A stretch of DNA of 64,000 nt from Patellaria atrata CBS 101060. Its lineage: Eukaryota. The notes under the pieces were generated by a model. The model was given only the letters and a program-made list of their open reading frames with translations. It was not told the DNA's origin and did not search any database. The translations under genes and the position numbers were made by a program. Shown one piece after another: positions 52,658 through 64,000 of this stretch (the first letter of the stretch is position 1; every line of letters begins with the position of its first letter). The stretch lies in NCBI GenBank assembly GCA_010093705.1, contig MU006089.1, positions 3,064,061 to 3,128,060 of the forward strand, in the 5' to 3' direction.

Positions 52658-53885
52658 TCAATACTCCCCTGCGTAACTCTGCTTAGGGAACGGATACTGC
52701 GGCCCCAACTCCTGAATGCTCAATTTCGCCAACCACTGCCCCATATGCATGGCCTCCTCCAAACTCCTGCCCATCACGACACCAGCAGCGAAGCCGCCCG
52801 CAAAAGCGTCGCCGGCGCCGTTAGTATCGACGATCTTGGTCTTGTCGATGGGGTGGACGGGGAAGGTGTGCACTTCCACCTCTGCGCCGTCCTTGTACAC
52901 GGCGGCAACGGTGGGTTCAGTTCCCTGCGTGATGACGACGGTGCGGGGGCGCTTTGTGTTCTGCTTTGGCAGCTTGGCCATGGACTTTGCGATCTCGGTG
53001 ACGTCTTCGGTGCCGAGGGCGTGGGACGCGGCGTAGGATCGCGCTTCGGTTTCGTTGCCGATGACGTAGTCCCAGTAGGGAGCCGTGGCGTCGAGCTGGT
53101 CTTTGAAGAATTGGGGGATGAAAGGGGCGGAGAGGGAGAGCATGAAAACCTGGAGGTGGTTTTATCAGTTCGATGTTGGACTGGGTTAGTGTAGATTAGG
53201 GGTTTACCTTGTTATTCTCGGCAGCGTGTTCGGCCAGTGCCATGATCGCAGGAACGCAGACGGTCAAGTGGTAGCCTCCGATGTAGAACGCCTTAGCCTG
53301 CTCGACGAACTTCCATACTTCCGGGCTCTTCAGATGCTCCAGCTTGTTATGGTTCGCCGCAGCGAGATCCGTGACCATGCTTCTGTCGTACCCGGTGATT
53401 ATGACACCGCATCGTCCAGTTGGCTGCTCGTTGTCGTATCGATACTCAACCCGCAACCCGGATTTTTCAGCGGCTTCCTTAAGGATCTCCGCGCTCTTGT
53501 CTTTACCGACGCAGCCAACGTAGACCACCGAATTTTGGGGAAGGATGTACTATTCGTTTGAGCTCGGTCGTCAGTGGAAATACCTTGCAGTGTGGGGTTG
53601 GGAGTTGCTTACTGCTGCCCCGCGAGCAGAGTTCTGTGCAGCACCGCCGGCAATGAGTTTCGCATCGCGGTTTTGCGTTAGCTCGTCATATAAGCTGAGA
53701 TGCTGGGACTCTGCGAGGATTGCGTCGTTCGGTTTCAAACCATACTGCTCTAAGAGAGCATCGTCTCTACGGTTTAGGTTAGCTTCAATCGTTAGAAATG
53801 GGGACAATTGCTCTGACCCTTTACCCTGGATATCCAGTAAAGGATTTCCCAAGCAGAATAGTTCATAATTGCCGCCTTCAGCCAT
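52658..53885 (-). CDS. ADO1: Adenosine kinase
   Basis: Four exons covered by ORFs 53571-53885, 53196-53528, 52658-53143. LGNPLLDI, AGGAAQNSARG, TGRCGV, LSLSAPFI, GNETEA, DTNGAGDAFAGGF (PfkB signature). Confidence 0.95.
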
Positions 53886-54304
53886 GGTCGTGAGAGTTGT
53901 GAAAAATTGAAACGCTGAAAAGTCGATTGTTTGTTTCTTTCACTTTGAGATGAGTACCGAGTGGTGGGGTTAATAAACAGAAAATTACTTAGGATGGGAA
54001 TCGGTGTCCGAGGTTGAACCGATAAAATACACTCTGATAAAGGCCGGAGCCCGATGGAGGATTTGACAACTTGGGTAAGATTGAATGAAATTTATGATAT
54101 CTAACTGTGACGTAACGCTTCTAGAACTCTAACCAGCCAAAGTGCATATCGCGAAAGAAATCAAATTCTCCTCCATGGATGCGACCCCTTAAAGAATGAC
54201 CAAGATCAATCCGATAACGCCGCAATGGCACACTCCGTACAATGGTACAAAACAAAACTACGCTTGAAAGCAACACGAAACTCCATGAGACAATCCTGAA
54301 AGAA

Positions 54305-56253
54305 TCAGAAGATATAACTTTCCCCACTCTTAGCAACTTCGAAATCACAACCCAGACCCCGTCCTTGTTTGACCAAACTCGCTTCATAACTCTTCAGTTC
54401 CGCTAGTATGACATCTCCGACTAGAGGCCCATCCACCATCGTATCCTTCACATGGATGATAACTACTTTGACATTTCTCAACGGGAGGTCGATACTCAGC
54501 GGCGGTACGGCAAGAGAAGAACGGCGTACAGGCGTCAGAGATGCTGGAGAGTCGAATTGGTCCCGCATGACCTCACTACCAGGTGTAGGAACCTCATCCA
54601 ACGCCAAAGCAGTTGGAGGTTGTGACGTGACTCTAACCTTGCTTCTACTGAGTCTACCGGTAGTCCCATCCTCAAGGGTTCCGTTACCGTTCCCATTGAG
54701 GTGGACTGGTCCTGTGTTTGTTCGTTTTCTCTTTCTCGCTCTTCTTTTCTCCTCTTCCTCTGCTTTTTCCCTCTCCACCTCTCGTTTGGCATCTCTTACC
54801 ATATCGGCTAGGTTTGATAATTCAGCTATCAAATGGCGTGGCGCCAGGTGGCCGAAGAGCACTGCATCTGCCTGTTCATCGCTATAGCTACATTCGATAA
54901 GAATCCCGTTCAAGATTCCTTGCGCAATCTTTGGAGCCGCCTCGGACCATACTAACGCAGTTCTTGGGGAAAGAGAGAGAGAATCCGGTTCCACATCTCC
55001 GAATATTAGGATCTCCTTCGAATTAGGAGCGTGTGACGAGGTAGAAGAGTGCAAGTGCTCGCTCTCCGCACGAATGAAGTATGCAGTACTGTCTATTACA
55101 CACTGACCTCCAGGAAGTATTCCATTAGCAGGGGAGAATAGGGGTGTACCCGGTTGGCTTGCTTGATGACTCCAGGACAAAGATCGTCCCACGGGCCCAT
55201 CTATCTTTGAGCTGCCAGTTGTTCGGTCATGAGTATGTGTCTGTTGGGGCTGCTCTGTGGTTATCGTTTCAACTAGGTCTGCATTACTTCCTCGATGCAC
55301 GTGACCTGGTCCTCTCATACAGTGGCCATGGCTAACTTTAAAGCCTTTTACGCTCAGTCCGTCACAGACCTCGATATATCCTCGGCCGTGACCTTCACCA
55401 AGTGCGATATTACCTCCCTCAGCTAGTCGTTGGAAGGTAACAAAACCGACACCTCCATCCTCATCGGTGAGGTTCGGCCAGATGACGTCGTTGAAGAGGT
55501 AAGTTTTGATAGCATTGACCGTCGAAGGAAGGGCTGCAAGCTTTTTGGGACGCGATGTGTTGTGAAACCCGGCGGTGTTTATGACAAATCCAGATACATG
55601 ATCAAGATGCGGATGCGTGATGAGATATGTTGAAATGTGCTCTCGTACAACATGCAAGGCGTTTGCGCGAGCAGACGCATACGGAAATGGTAGGCCGGCA
55701 AAGACACCAGTCTGCAAGACTGTAATGGTAGGCTCTGGAGACGTCGTCCGAGAAGATGGAGCTAGACTATCATATTCATCACGATCGGGATTCCCGTCAT
55801 CGGATGGTGTTATTGTGGAAGGAACTACAGTAGCACCTGTGCAACGGTCTGCCACGAGAGGAAAGTCCTTTTCCAGGATTCTTGTTATAGCGGCTAAGTG
55901 GGATCCAGCATCCACGGCGAGAACTGATCCTTTGGACCAATCCGAGCTGGTTGAGCGGACGAGAAAGCCAGTAACATTTTCCTCGCTAGGACCTCCTCCA
56001 GAACCCTATTTCCCGTAAGCCCATATCTAACAAAGACATATCCCGCCGAAAACACTGTGGGGAGTGGTCTAAGACAGCGGCATGCTAATTAAACCCTGTA
56101 TGCGGCCGTCATTCACGCAGCATTACGAGTACGGAAAGCCGCATATTCTCGAGCAAGTGGAGAAACGATGGATACGGAGTCAAAGACACTTACCAAACAT
56201 ATCACCTGTATGGTAGGCTCACTGCTATGGTAGCCACGAGACCTACCGACCAT
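54305..56253 (-). CDS. PDE1: Class II (low-affinity) cAMP phosphodiesterase, ~586 aa
   Basis: Exons 56253-56194 and 56005-54305. VICL|GSGGGPSEENVTG, AVDAGS, ITHPHLDHVSG, FNDVIWPNL, FGDVEPDS, IECSY, LFGHLAPRH, IIHVKD. Confidence 0.93.
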
Positions 56254-57683
56254 CCCATCCCCGTTTTTCATGAAGGCGCGTTCAGCCGACTCAAATGCAG
56301 CTTTATCGCTTTTGCGCTGTCGTAAACCGCCCGTGGTCGAATGGGGAGAGGTGTCTCAGACAAAGGAGAGACGTATCCACACGAGTGTATCGGAAAATCG
56401 ATGCAAGCAACCGTGAAGAGAAGATGACACGGAAACACGTCAGGTACTTCTCCAGTACTTTTAAGGAGTGAACGTTGCGCGAAATACTGCTGTAGCCTTA
56501 AGCCTATCCCCAAGCTCTTTCTACGCCACGCTGAACACAGCCGTGAACGTTCAGGTACGCCTAGGCGCGTAGCCGGTAAAAGTTGTCGTATGAATGCGTC
56601 AAGTAAGAAGAGTATAGCTGTCTATATTCTTTCGAGTCCAGAGTTACACGTGCGCCCTATGATGTCGCTTTTGCGCGCAGGCTTCGAATGCATGAACACA
56701 CCAACATGAAATATCAAGGTCTATGTCAGAGGTATGAAGGTCATAATACCTCCTATAGACAAAGTCTCTAATACTTCTCGAGCTGGTGTATATAATGAGG
56801 AAGTATTTAAATTGTTGAAGATGGGTAGATATAAAAAGTTGAAGGAATGCTTGTGCAGGCTGCAGGTGGTGTAGTAGTTCTATATCTTATTAGGTCTGAA
56901 GCTACAAAGTACCTTTTAGTTAGTGTCTGCTTGCGGCCACCCTAGACCATGACAACCCATGCACAGATGCACCACGAGATGAGGTGTGCAGTACAAATCT
57001 ACCCGATGTACAGTAATGGTGAGAACAAGGGTTTGTATGGATTCGCAATGAGACACGCAGGTGGCAATAGATCGCTGTTTACGTTATCTTTTCTTTCCCC
57101 TTAGTATACGGAAAAGAAAAACCTGGTGGGTTAGAAGATCGGGGGGGAGGGGAGGGGAGGGGGGTAGGGGGGGGCGCAGGTCTTGTCAGGTCAGGAGATG
57201 GGCCATTTCAAAGAGAATAAATAGGCTGTTGAAAACTTGAAAAGAAAACACTGCCGATGTGGCGATGCGAATTTCGTCAAAACTAGCCGGAATGCTAACA
57301 GGTAAATGTAAGGGGGCGGCTGTCAAGACTCAGAAGCGATTGCTCATCGCCTCGAAAGATAGCCACATAGCTTGCGCGCCGGTCTCCAACGGCCTCTTCA
57401 AGCACACGGGTTATGTCATTGCGCGACACGTTATCCTGAAAATCATCGTCTTCTGAAGATTTATTCTGTCACCATCGTACATTAACTTTTCGATCTTTCT
57501 ATAAAACTAGAAAGGTAGTGAAGAGTGATTAGACATGAAGACAAAGATCTCATCAGACCAATTGCTGTTTTGTCTACCTTATACGTTTCCCTCGTGGCAC
57601 ATGAGAATCATATCATAACATCCTGTCACGTAAACAATCAAGTCTGAGGCAAACCCTCAATTCTTGCCACTTTGTGCTCCACC

Positions 57684-59245
57684 TCACTTGAATACCTTGC
57701 CATCGGCCCACTGGTACGTCTTGCCGTTGACCTCGACCGGCTTATCCCACGCCCACTGATCCTCGACATAAGCTTTATCCTCTGGGTTGGAAGGATCAAG
57801 CTTCTTGAAGTCGTAGCTCTCATAATCGGGAGCCACGTCAACAGCGGGAAAGACGTCTTGGCCACGAACGAAGAAGACACCTTGCACGACACTGTCATTG
57901 GTCTCACCATAAACAGAGACAGCACCGAAAATATATTTACGGCTGGCTTCGAGACGAGCGAAGAAACCACCTGCGAGATGTCAGTATTCTGTTTCATGGC
58001 TTTATAAGACATAGTAAGCACTAACCGATCAAGTTGGAAGTCATGAACGTCATGGTAAGTTCATCGTTGTACTTGTAATCGACCTTCCACAGAGAGTATT
58101 CCTCAAAGTTGGCATTCTCCCAGAACCATGGTAGTGCAACCTCACGGGTCTCCTCGTTAGAGTACTTGCGCTTCCAGTCATCGAGGACGAAATTAGCCCT
58201 CGGCAGAGCTTCAAGAGGATGCTTGGGTTTCGGCGCTGGCTTATCCTCCTCTTCCTCTTCCGCCTCCTCAGCCTTGGGCTTGGGCTTTGGGGCCTCCTTC
58301 TTCGCCTCTTTCTTTGGTGCGTTCTCCTTCTTGGGTGGTACGTTCTTCAGAGCTTGCTCAACCCACTCTAGCTTACCAACCACAGCAGAGTAGATATCGG
58401 AGTTGTACACTGTCTCGTACCAACGAGTGACGTTCGGGTTGTCTGCCCTCCAAGCTTTGTCCAAAACGAACTGGAACCCTCTGGCCATAATGCCAGCAGC
58501 GAAAAGATCAGCAAGAGTAAGTCTCTCACCGACCAAGTATGTGTTGATGAGGAAATGCTCTTCAAGAACGTGAACCGCGGCAAGAGCTGCTTTTGAGTGA
58601 TCATCGACACTCTTCTTGTTGTAAGGGTCGCGACCAATAAGAGGGCGAAACCAGCCTCCAATATGAGGGAGGACCTCGGAGTTTACAAACGACATCCATC
58701 GGAGAATAGAAGCGTAGTCTTGCTTGGTCTTCCCCAGGAGAGCTGTCTTCTCGTTCTGTGAAGTGACTTGTTCTATTAGCATGGGTTCACACGCATGTAA
58801 AGAAGTGTGAACGTTTGAAAGTGCTCGATCGTAGTCAGAGTGTGAATAAATCTCAACAAAATTTTCAGACAGGGATAACTGTATTGATAATATGTCTCAT
58901 CATAGTAGAATATGGAAACGCTCTCTAGCATCATTGGGTGTACTCACTGTATACAGCGATGGCAATAGCCTCTGTCAGGATGTAGCCATCTGAGCCTTCG
59001 AAAGTTGGCACTAGACCCAGCTTGTTGAGCTTCTTGTAGTCTAGAGAGACACCCACCGCGGGCTCAGTATGAACCAGCTCGAGATCGAGACCATTTGCTT
59101 TGGCGACGGCCAAAATGGCCGTGGAACGCGGATTGCCCTGTGAAAGGTGGGGTTGTTAGAAATCTATGCCTAATGGACAGCTTGCGGGATGAAGCGATGA
59201 ACATATCAAACTTACTGGATAAGTATAAAGCTTGCCGAAAGCCAT
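57684..59245 (-). CDS. TEF4: Translation elongation factor 1B gamma
   Basis: Exons 59245-59216, 59137-58948, 58766-58026, 57970-57684. GST-like N-terminus, KPKHPLEAL, LDDWKRKYSN, FMTSNLIGGFFARLEAS, DVAPDYESY, DGKVFK. Confidence 0.96.
58830..58908 (-). ncRNA. snR38: Intronic box C/D snoRNA, snR38-like (guides 2'-O-methylation of LSU rRNA)
   Basis: In intron 58767-58947: box C ATGATGA (58903-58897), 13-nt guide CAGTTATCCCTGT (58881-58869) directly before CTGA (58868-58865), second CTGA (58838-58835). The guide is complementary to conserved LSU rRNA ACAGGGAUAACUG, and yeast snR38 lies in the TEF4 intron. Confidence 0.88.
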
Positions 59246-59506
59246 ACTTGGTTTTTCCTAGAGATATGATGTTTATCCGGTTGTGATGCTGCGAGTCGAG
59301 TTTTCGGTCACAGTTTGTTGATGGTGGGTTGTCCTTAGGAGTCACAGTTGGAAAAATGCAACAAAAACTGTTCTTCTTAGTGCCGTCTTGGCAACAGAGC
59401 GTGGTCAGTCCGACTTGCCTCACTGGTGTTGCGCATCTCTTAATTTCTTCAACCATAACTCGATCGATTCCACCTTAGCCTTTCAATTCACGGACTTCGA
59501 ATATCC

Positions 59507-60607
59507 ATGAAAGCATCTAGTCTCTCAATTGGGTTCAGGAGAGCTACATGCTCCTTCTGTCGGCTCTCCAGACAAGCCCAATATGAGAGCAACGGGTTCA
59601 GGAGCTTTCATCCACCAGGGGTCTCAAGAAGACATCTAGCTACGACAACAACTTCACCAGTAACAGCTGCCCCTGAACTCAACTTCTCCAAAAGAGATGG
59701 AAAGCCAATCGATGAGAGACTGCTTAAGCGCGTCCGCATCGTACCCGCGTCCCCATCCTATTTCTCAGGCAAACCGGTGTTCACAGATGGTCTTCTGTCG
59801 ATGCAAGCACTTCTCCGGAAGTTTCAGACGCTCCCTTGTGTCGAACCAAATGATGCCCCGCGGGTAGCATGGAAAAGATTTAGAGAATACTTGGGACAAG
59901 TCAATGAGCCGGTTAAGGCAGCCAAATATCACAAAATCATCCAAATTCTTCAGCGCTTGAATCGGATCCATCCATCATTGATGCCAGAAGAGGTTACAGA
60001 AGCTATGAAGCGATACAAAAGAGATGTTAATCCGCATGACAATCAAGCTAAACCGAGCTTTGTGGATGAGAATGGGGTCTCTAGAGGCCTCGGGAGAAGG
60101 AAAACTTCCACTGCAAGAGTATGGTTAGTTGAGGGAGAAGGAGAGGTTCTAGTCAATGGGAAAACGTTAACACAAACATTCGGAAAATTACATGACCGCG
60201 AAAGCGCCATATGGGCATTGAAAGCGACAAATCGGACCGATAAATACAACGTTTGGGCTCTTGTTAGTGGCGGTGGTACTACTGGACAAGCCGAAGCATT
60301 GACGCTGGCAATTGCGAAGGCTCTGCTGGTTCAGGAACCTTTGTTGAAACCTGCTCTTCGAAGAGGTATGTTCTCTTTCATCGATTTGTCAGCAAGATTG
60401 TTCCTGAATACCCTCATGATATCATCTACATGCATTTCTATCAACTTAATTGAGATCTTCTTCGGCCCCGATTCCGTGTTGATTGAACCGTTAGAGCTGA
60501 CTGAACCTTTCTTAGCCGGTTGTGTCACTCGCGATCCCCGTATAGTTGAGAGGAAGAAGCCTGGGCATCTGAAGGCCCGAAAGATGCCAACCTGGGTCAA
60601 ACGATAA
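59507..60607 (+). CDS. MRPS9: Mitochondrial ribosomal protein uS9m
   Basis: Exons 59507-60365 and 60516-60607. Targeting peptide, GLGRRKTSTARVWL, GGGTTGQAEA, TRDPRIVERKKPGHLKARKMPTWVKR. Confidence 0.95.
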   Translation: MKASSLSIGFRRATCSFCRLSRQAQYESNGFRSFHPPGVSRRHLATTTTSPVTAAPELNFSKRDGKPIDERLLKRVRIVPASPSYFSGKPVFTDGLLSMQALLRKFQTLPCVEPNDAPRVAWKRFREYLGQVNEPVKAAKYHKIIQILQRLNRIHPSLMPEEVTEAMKRYKRDVNPHDNQAKPSFVDENGVSRGLGRRKTSTARVWLVEGEGEVLVNGKTLTQTFGKLHDRESAIWALKATNRTDKYNVWALVSGGGTTGQAEALTLAIAKALLVQEPLLKPALRRGMFSFIDLSARLFLNTLMISSTCISINLIEIFFGPDSVLIEPLELTEPFLAGCVTRDPRIVERKKPGHLKARKMPTWVKR

Positions 60608-63600
60608 TACAGCTATTCGCAATGTATAGTTTTGTTTTGTTTTTTTTTTGTACATACAGTAATATCTGATCGAGGGTCTCTATCAGGAACTCAAATGAAG
60701 GAGTCAAGACGACCATGTCGCATGTAGAACTGTTCCCGGGGAGGACAGTTAATCATCGCTATTAACGGAGGAATATGTATGAGTTTAATAGGAGCTATGA
60801 GTCCGCCGTCCACACCTGATCGAATCTTCACGCATTGTTAGAATGAACTAACGATATCCGGTAATTGCCCAGGGAGACTGTAACGTCATTCGTAAGGGGA
60901 GAAGGGGGAATATGTGGAGAGGTCTCAACCTTTCGCATCCGGGGGTCGGCAATCGCGTAGAGAATGAACTCGCTAGCCAATAATGCATGAACTTATTTCT
61001 GTGGCGCGGAACATATTTTAGTCTGATTATCGTCGAATCACATGTGATTTCCGGGCGCGTTGCTTCCTGAATTGGTTCTTTTTCCTACGTTCTTAACTGC
61101 TGAAAGGTGAATAGAGTAACCCCTAGCGGGATGGATGATAGTTAAAATAGAGTGCCTCAGGAACTCTTCATCGTAAATGGAATTTGTTGGCTAAAAGAGA
61201 GGAAAAGAAGGTCGGCTGAAGGTATACGAAAATCAACTTGGAATGAGTGTACAGCACATGAAGCCCCCGACGGGTGGTCCCGCCAGCATAGTCGGCCTTT
61301 TAGAAAATAGAAATGGTGGAGCGTTTAAACGTTACAGTTATGGTGTTCGAGACTAGACAACGGCTTTCCTTCAAATCCTTTCGCTCGTCTCTTCTTACTT
61401 CTTTGTTATTCCTTCGCAATAATGTTGGACGGATACCGTACCTAGAGTGGCCTAAGGGGAGCCCGGAAAGGACTTAATGATCAATGGTTATTGCTCTTTT
61501 GAAAGGATCAAGAATAGCCGCGAGAGGATGACGGCAAGCGGAACACAAGCTTAAAGCGAAAAGGGTTAGAGAACAATTGCGCGTAACCTTTGGTCGCTGC
61601 TGGTGCCCGGACTGCAAGAGAGAGAATTCGTTAAAAGCTGATGCGGAAAGCTTCCAGAATGCTTCATATCGCCGTTCCTGTAATTTCGGCCACCTGAAGG
61701 CATCCTTGCTCCTAATCGGATGATTCGCGAGGGGATACCTTGGCGATCAACGGCGATCGTGAACTGGAGTTTAGCATTTCTTGTTATTGGGCTAGGACTG
61801 TTGTTGGTGTTTGTGCGGAAATGGTAAAGGTCTGATCCTGATGACGCTTTGGTTTCATTTTCCACGCGGCAATTTCATGATCGAGCATGTCCGATGCTTC
61901 GAAGGAAGGTAAGGGAAATAATAATAGCACAGAGGAAGCAAAAGCGTCAGGAATTCAATCTGCAAACTATGGTTTGTTATACCCTTAATGCTTCATTATT
62001 GAGCTTCTGCGATAGAGCCCAGAGATTGACGAGGACGTTCAGCTGTATTCCTCAAACAGTACAGTACCGAAAACTGCTGGAGATGAATCATTAAATCAAG
62101 GGGGTGTAATAATACCTGATAATGATGATATTTTCTTGCATGTTGATATACGGGATCCTCATAGGTTCGAAGCCCTCGAGGGAAATATGACACGCGAATC
62201 TGTGGGAGATACAGTATGACCAGCAGCGTGTGCACAGTCACACAGCAACCAAGCCTTTCACATGGAGTTCTTAGCCCATAACTTAAGTTGAAAGGTGACA
62301 CTTCTCACAGCTCATTTAGGCGTCCCCATAACTGTATGTTGATTACAACGAACGGTCTTTCATACTCTTTTGGGTGCAAGGATCTGACCGGATATCCACG
62401 CGACGGACGATTTACGTGAATCGAGGCGAATTGAAGTGATCGCCGACTGCCCAGTAAGGCGTGAGTTGACATGGCACGCATGGTGAGGCTGGTGAACAAT
62501 GATCTACAAGATAGTTTTAGGCTATTACCTTCGAAAGACCTAGGCGTGGCTTGTACATGTACTGTACCCCTGCGCACAAAAGGTGATGAGAAACGAGAAA
62601 AACAGCTCGCGAGCAACGACATGTTGATGTCGCATGCGGCAGCGGGCAGATCTTGCCCCCAGATGATACACCACCGCGTACCGCATACATTATTTCAAGG
62701 CCAGGTTTGTGAAATCAGCAAACGTCTCAACCTGTAGCCCTTTTGTTTGATGATACTGTAGGGGTAGATCTTTGGAAAACGAATCGGAACATGCTGCCAT
62801 CCCATAATCTCGAGGCGGCTGGGTTTGAGCAAAGCTCTGACATCTTTCATCTCAGGCACGCAGCCTCCAACATCTGAAAGCTGAGGCATGAGACGAAGAG
62901 TTCGTTGATGGAAGACGAAGAAGGCAGGACAGTAAGGACATACCTCCGGTGGCGCTCTAGTTGTCGGCCACTATCATCGAATCATTTGAATGATTTGCAT
63001 GCAAATAATAGTTACTCGATTTTTCTTTTTCCCCGTAGTTGTCCGCTCAATTCTTCATCTCACGATTCGATATAGACGGCGATCGGTTTGTTCGGCGAGA
63101 AAGGCGTGGTACTATATATCTATCAGCGTGACACGAGACGACATGGAGGTGTATCCTTAAACGTCCAGATATCGGGGCAGTAAGTTACAGTACTGGGAGA
63201 ACTTACGGCATGATTCATGTGATGAATGACGGAAAAGGAACGACTTGGACCGGGTGGCCTCAGCCCCAAGCTACTAACCCAAGTAGAAGGGCGGGAGATG
63301 GTGTGAACGAAAGCCCATCAAGCCCTGAAGTCCCTGTAGGCTCTCAATTACTGTCGAGTGTCGACCCCGTAGATCTGTAACGAAGGAAGTCTAGGATTAC
63401 GTGCAAAAAACTAGCGCCTGCCCCACCGAGCTTTAGGTTGTTCTTGGATCGGATTCGCTTTTACTATCTTGTCTCGAGCGAGCCTCAATTCCTGTTCTCC
63501 CATCCCGCCGTTTGGCAATAGCAGAGAGGGGACCGCGAAAAGGCCTGAGGTTGCTGGATGATGACCTGGCCAGGAGAAAGGACCGCAGCCTAGCTGCCTA

Positions 63601-64000
63601 GCGACCTCATACCCTCAATACTTCCTTTTTCAATTGCATGCATCTTGTCCTGCATCTTTGCTTCCCTTCCATCATTCTAAAAGAAGCAATGGTGCTGCTT
63701 CTCGACGTACGCCTTGCCCGGTTGGCTCTTCTCTGCCTTATTTGATTCCTGACCTTCCTACGCTTCGTTCAAAAGGATACCTAGCCTTGTGAGCTTATAT
63801 ACCGTAGCGTGCCGTGCTTTGGCCGTGTATTGCTGTAAGCCTGTATTGTTTTCGATAATAAAAAAAAACCTCCCACTTTCCAATCCTCACTACTAGAACC
63901 TCAATCGGCTTCCCGTCCCTGGCGACCCTCCACGACATCTCACGGATCTCACTCTTTCCCTTCCTAGTTATTAAGGATTCAATCTTGACGACGACTGGTT

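Noticed and set aside
61440..61480. tRNA (AGAGTGGCCTAAG resembles a D-arm)
   Set aside because: No T-arm GTTCRA at the right distance and no acceptor stem.
60700..64000. Protein-coding gene in the last 3.3 kb
   Set aside because: Only short, motif-less ORFs; treated as intergenic or upstream region of a gene beyond the window.

Overview
Eukaryotic DNA from a filamentous ascomycete (Pezizomycotina; short 45-80 nt GT-AG introns with CTRAY branch points). No prokaryotic features, CRISPR, rRNA or tRNA were seen. About 21 spliced or unspliced protein genes can be supported: a Mid2-like single-TM protein, a DUF1770-like protein, calcineurin B, a GT25-like glycosyltransferase, a large Lys-repeat/BTB-like protein, a ubiquitin-like membrane protein, PSD1, RDH54, a small membrane protein, an F-box-like protein, a GAF hybrid histidine kinase, TAF4, YSH1, a GNAT protein, ARL2, a large gelsolin-like protein, adenosine kinase, class II cAMP phosphodiesterase, eEF1B-gamma and MRPS9. 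There are also several decayed gene relics and a 100-N gap. The best-supported non-coding find is an intronic box C/D snoRNA (snR38-like) in eEF1B-gamma. The most interesting hypotheses are a long YSH1 intron carrying a poly(A)-like signal (possible autoregulation), a recurrent C-rich-then-G-rich switch at gene 3' ends, a shared GGCGTT 3'-UTR motif, and histone-tail-like repeats on the BTB-like protein. Exon boundaries were read by eye, and family assignments come from recognised motifs rather than database searches.
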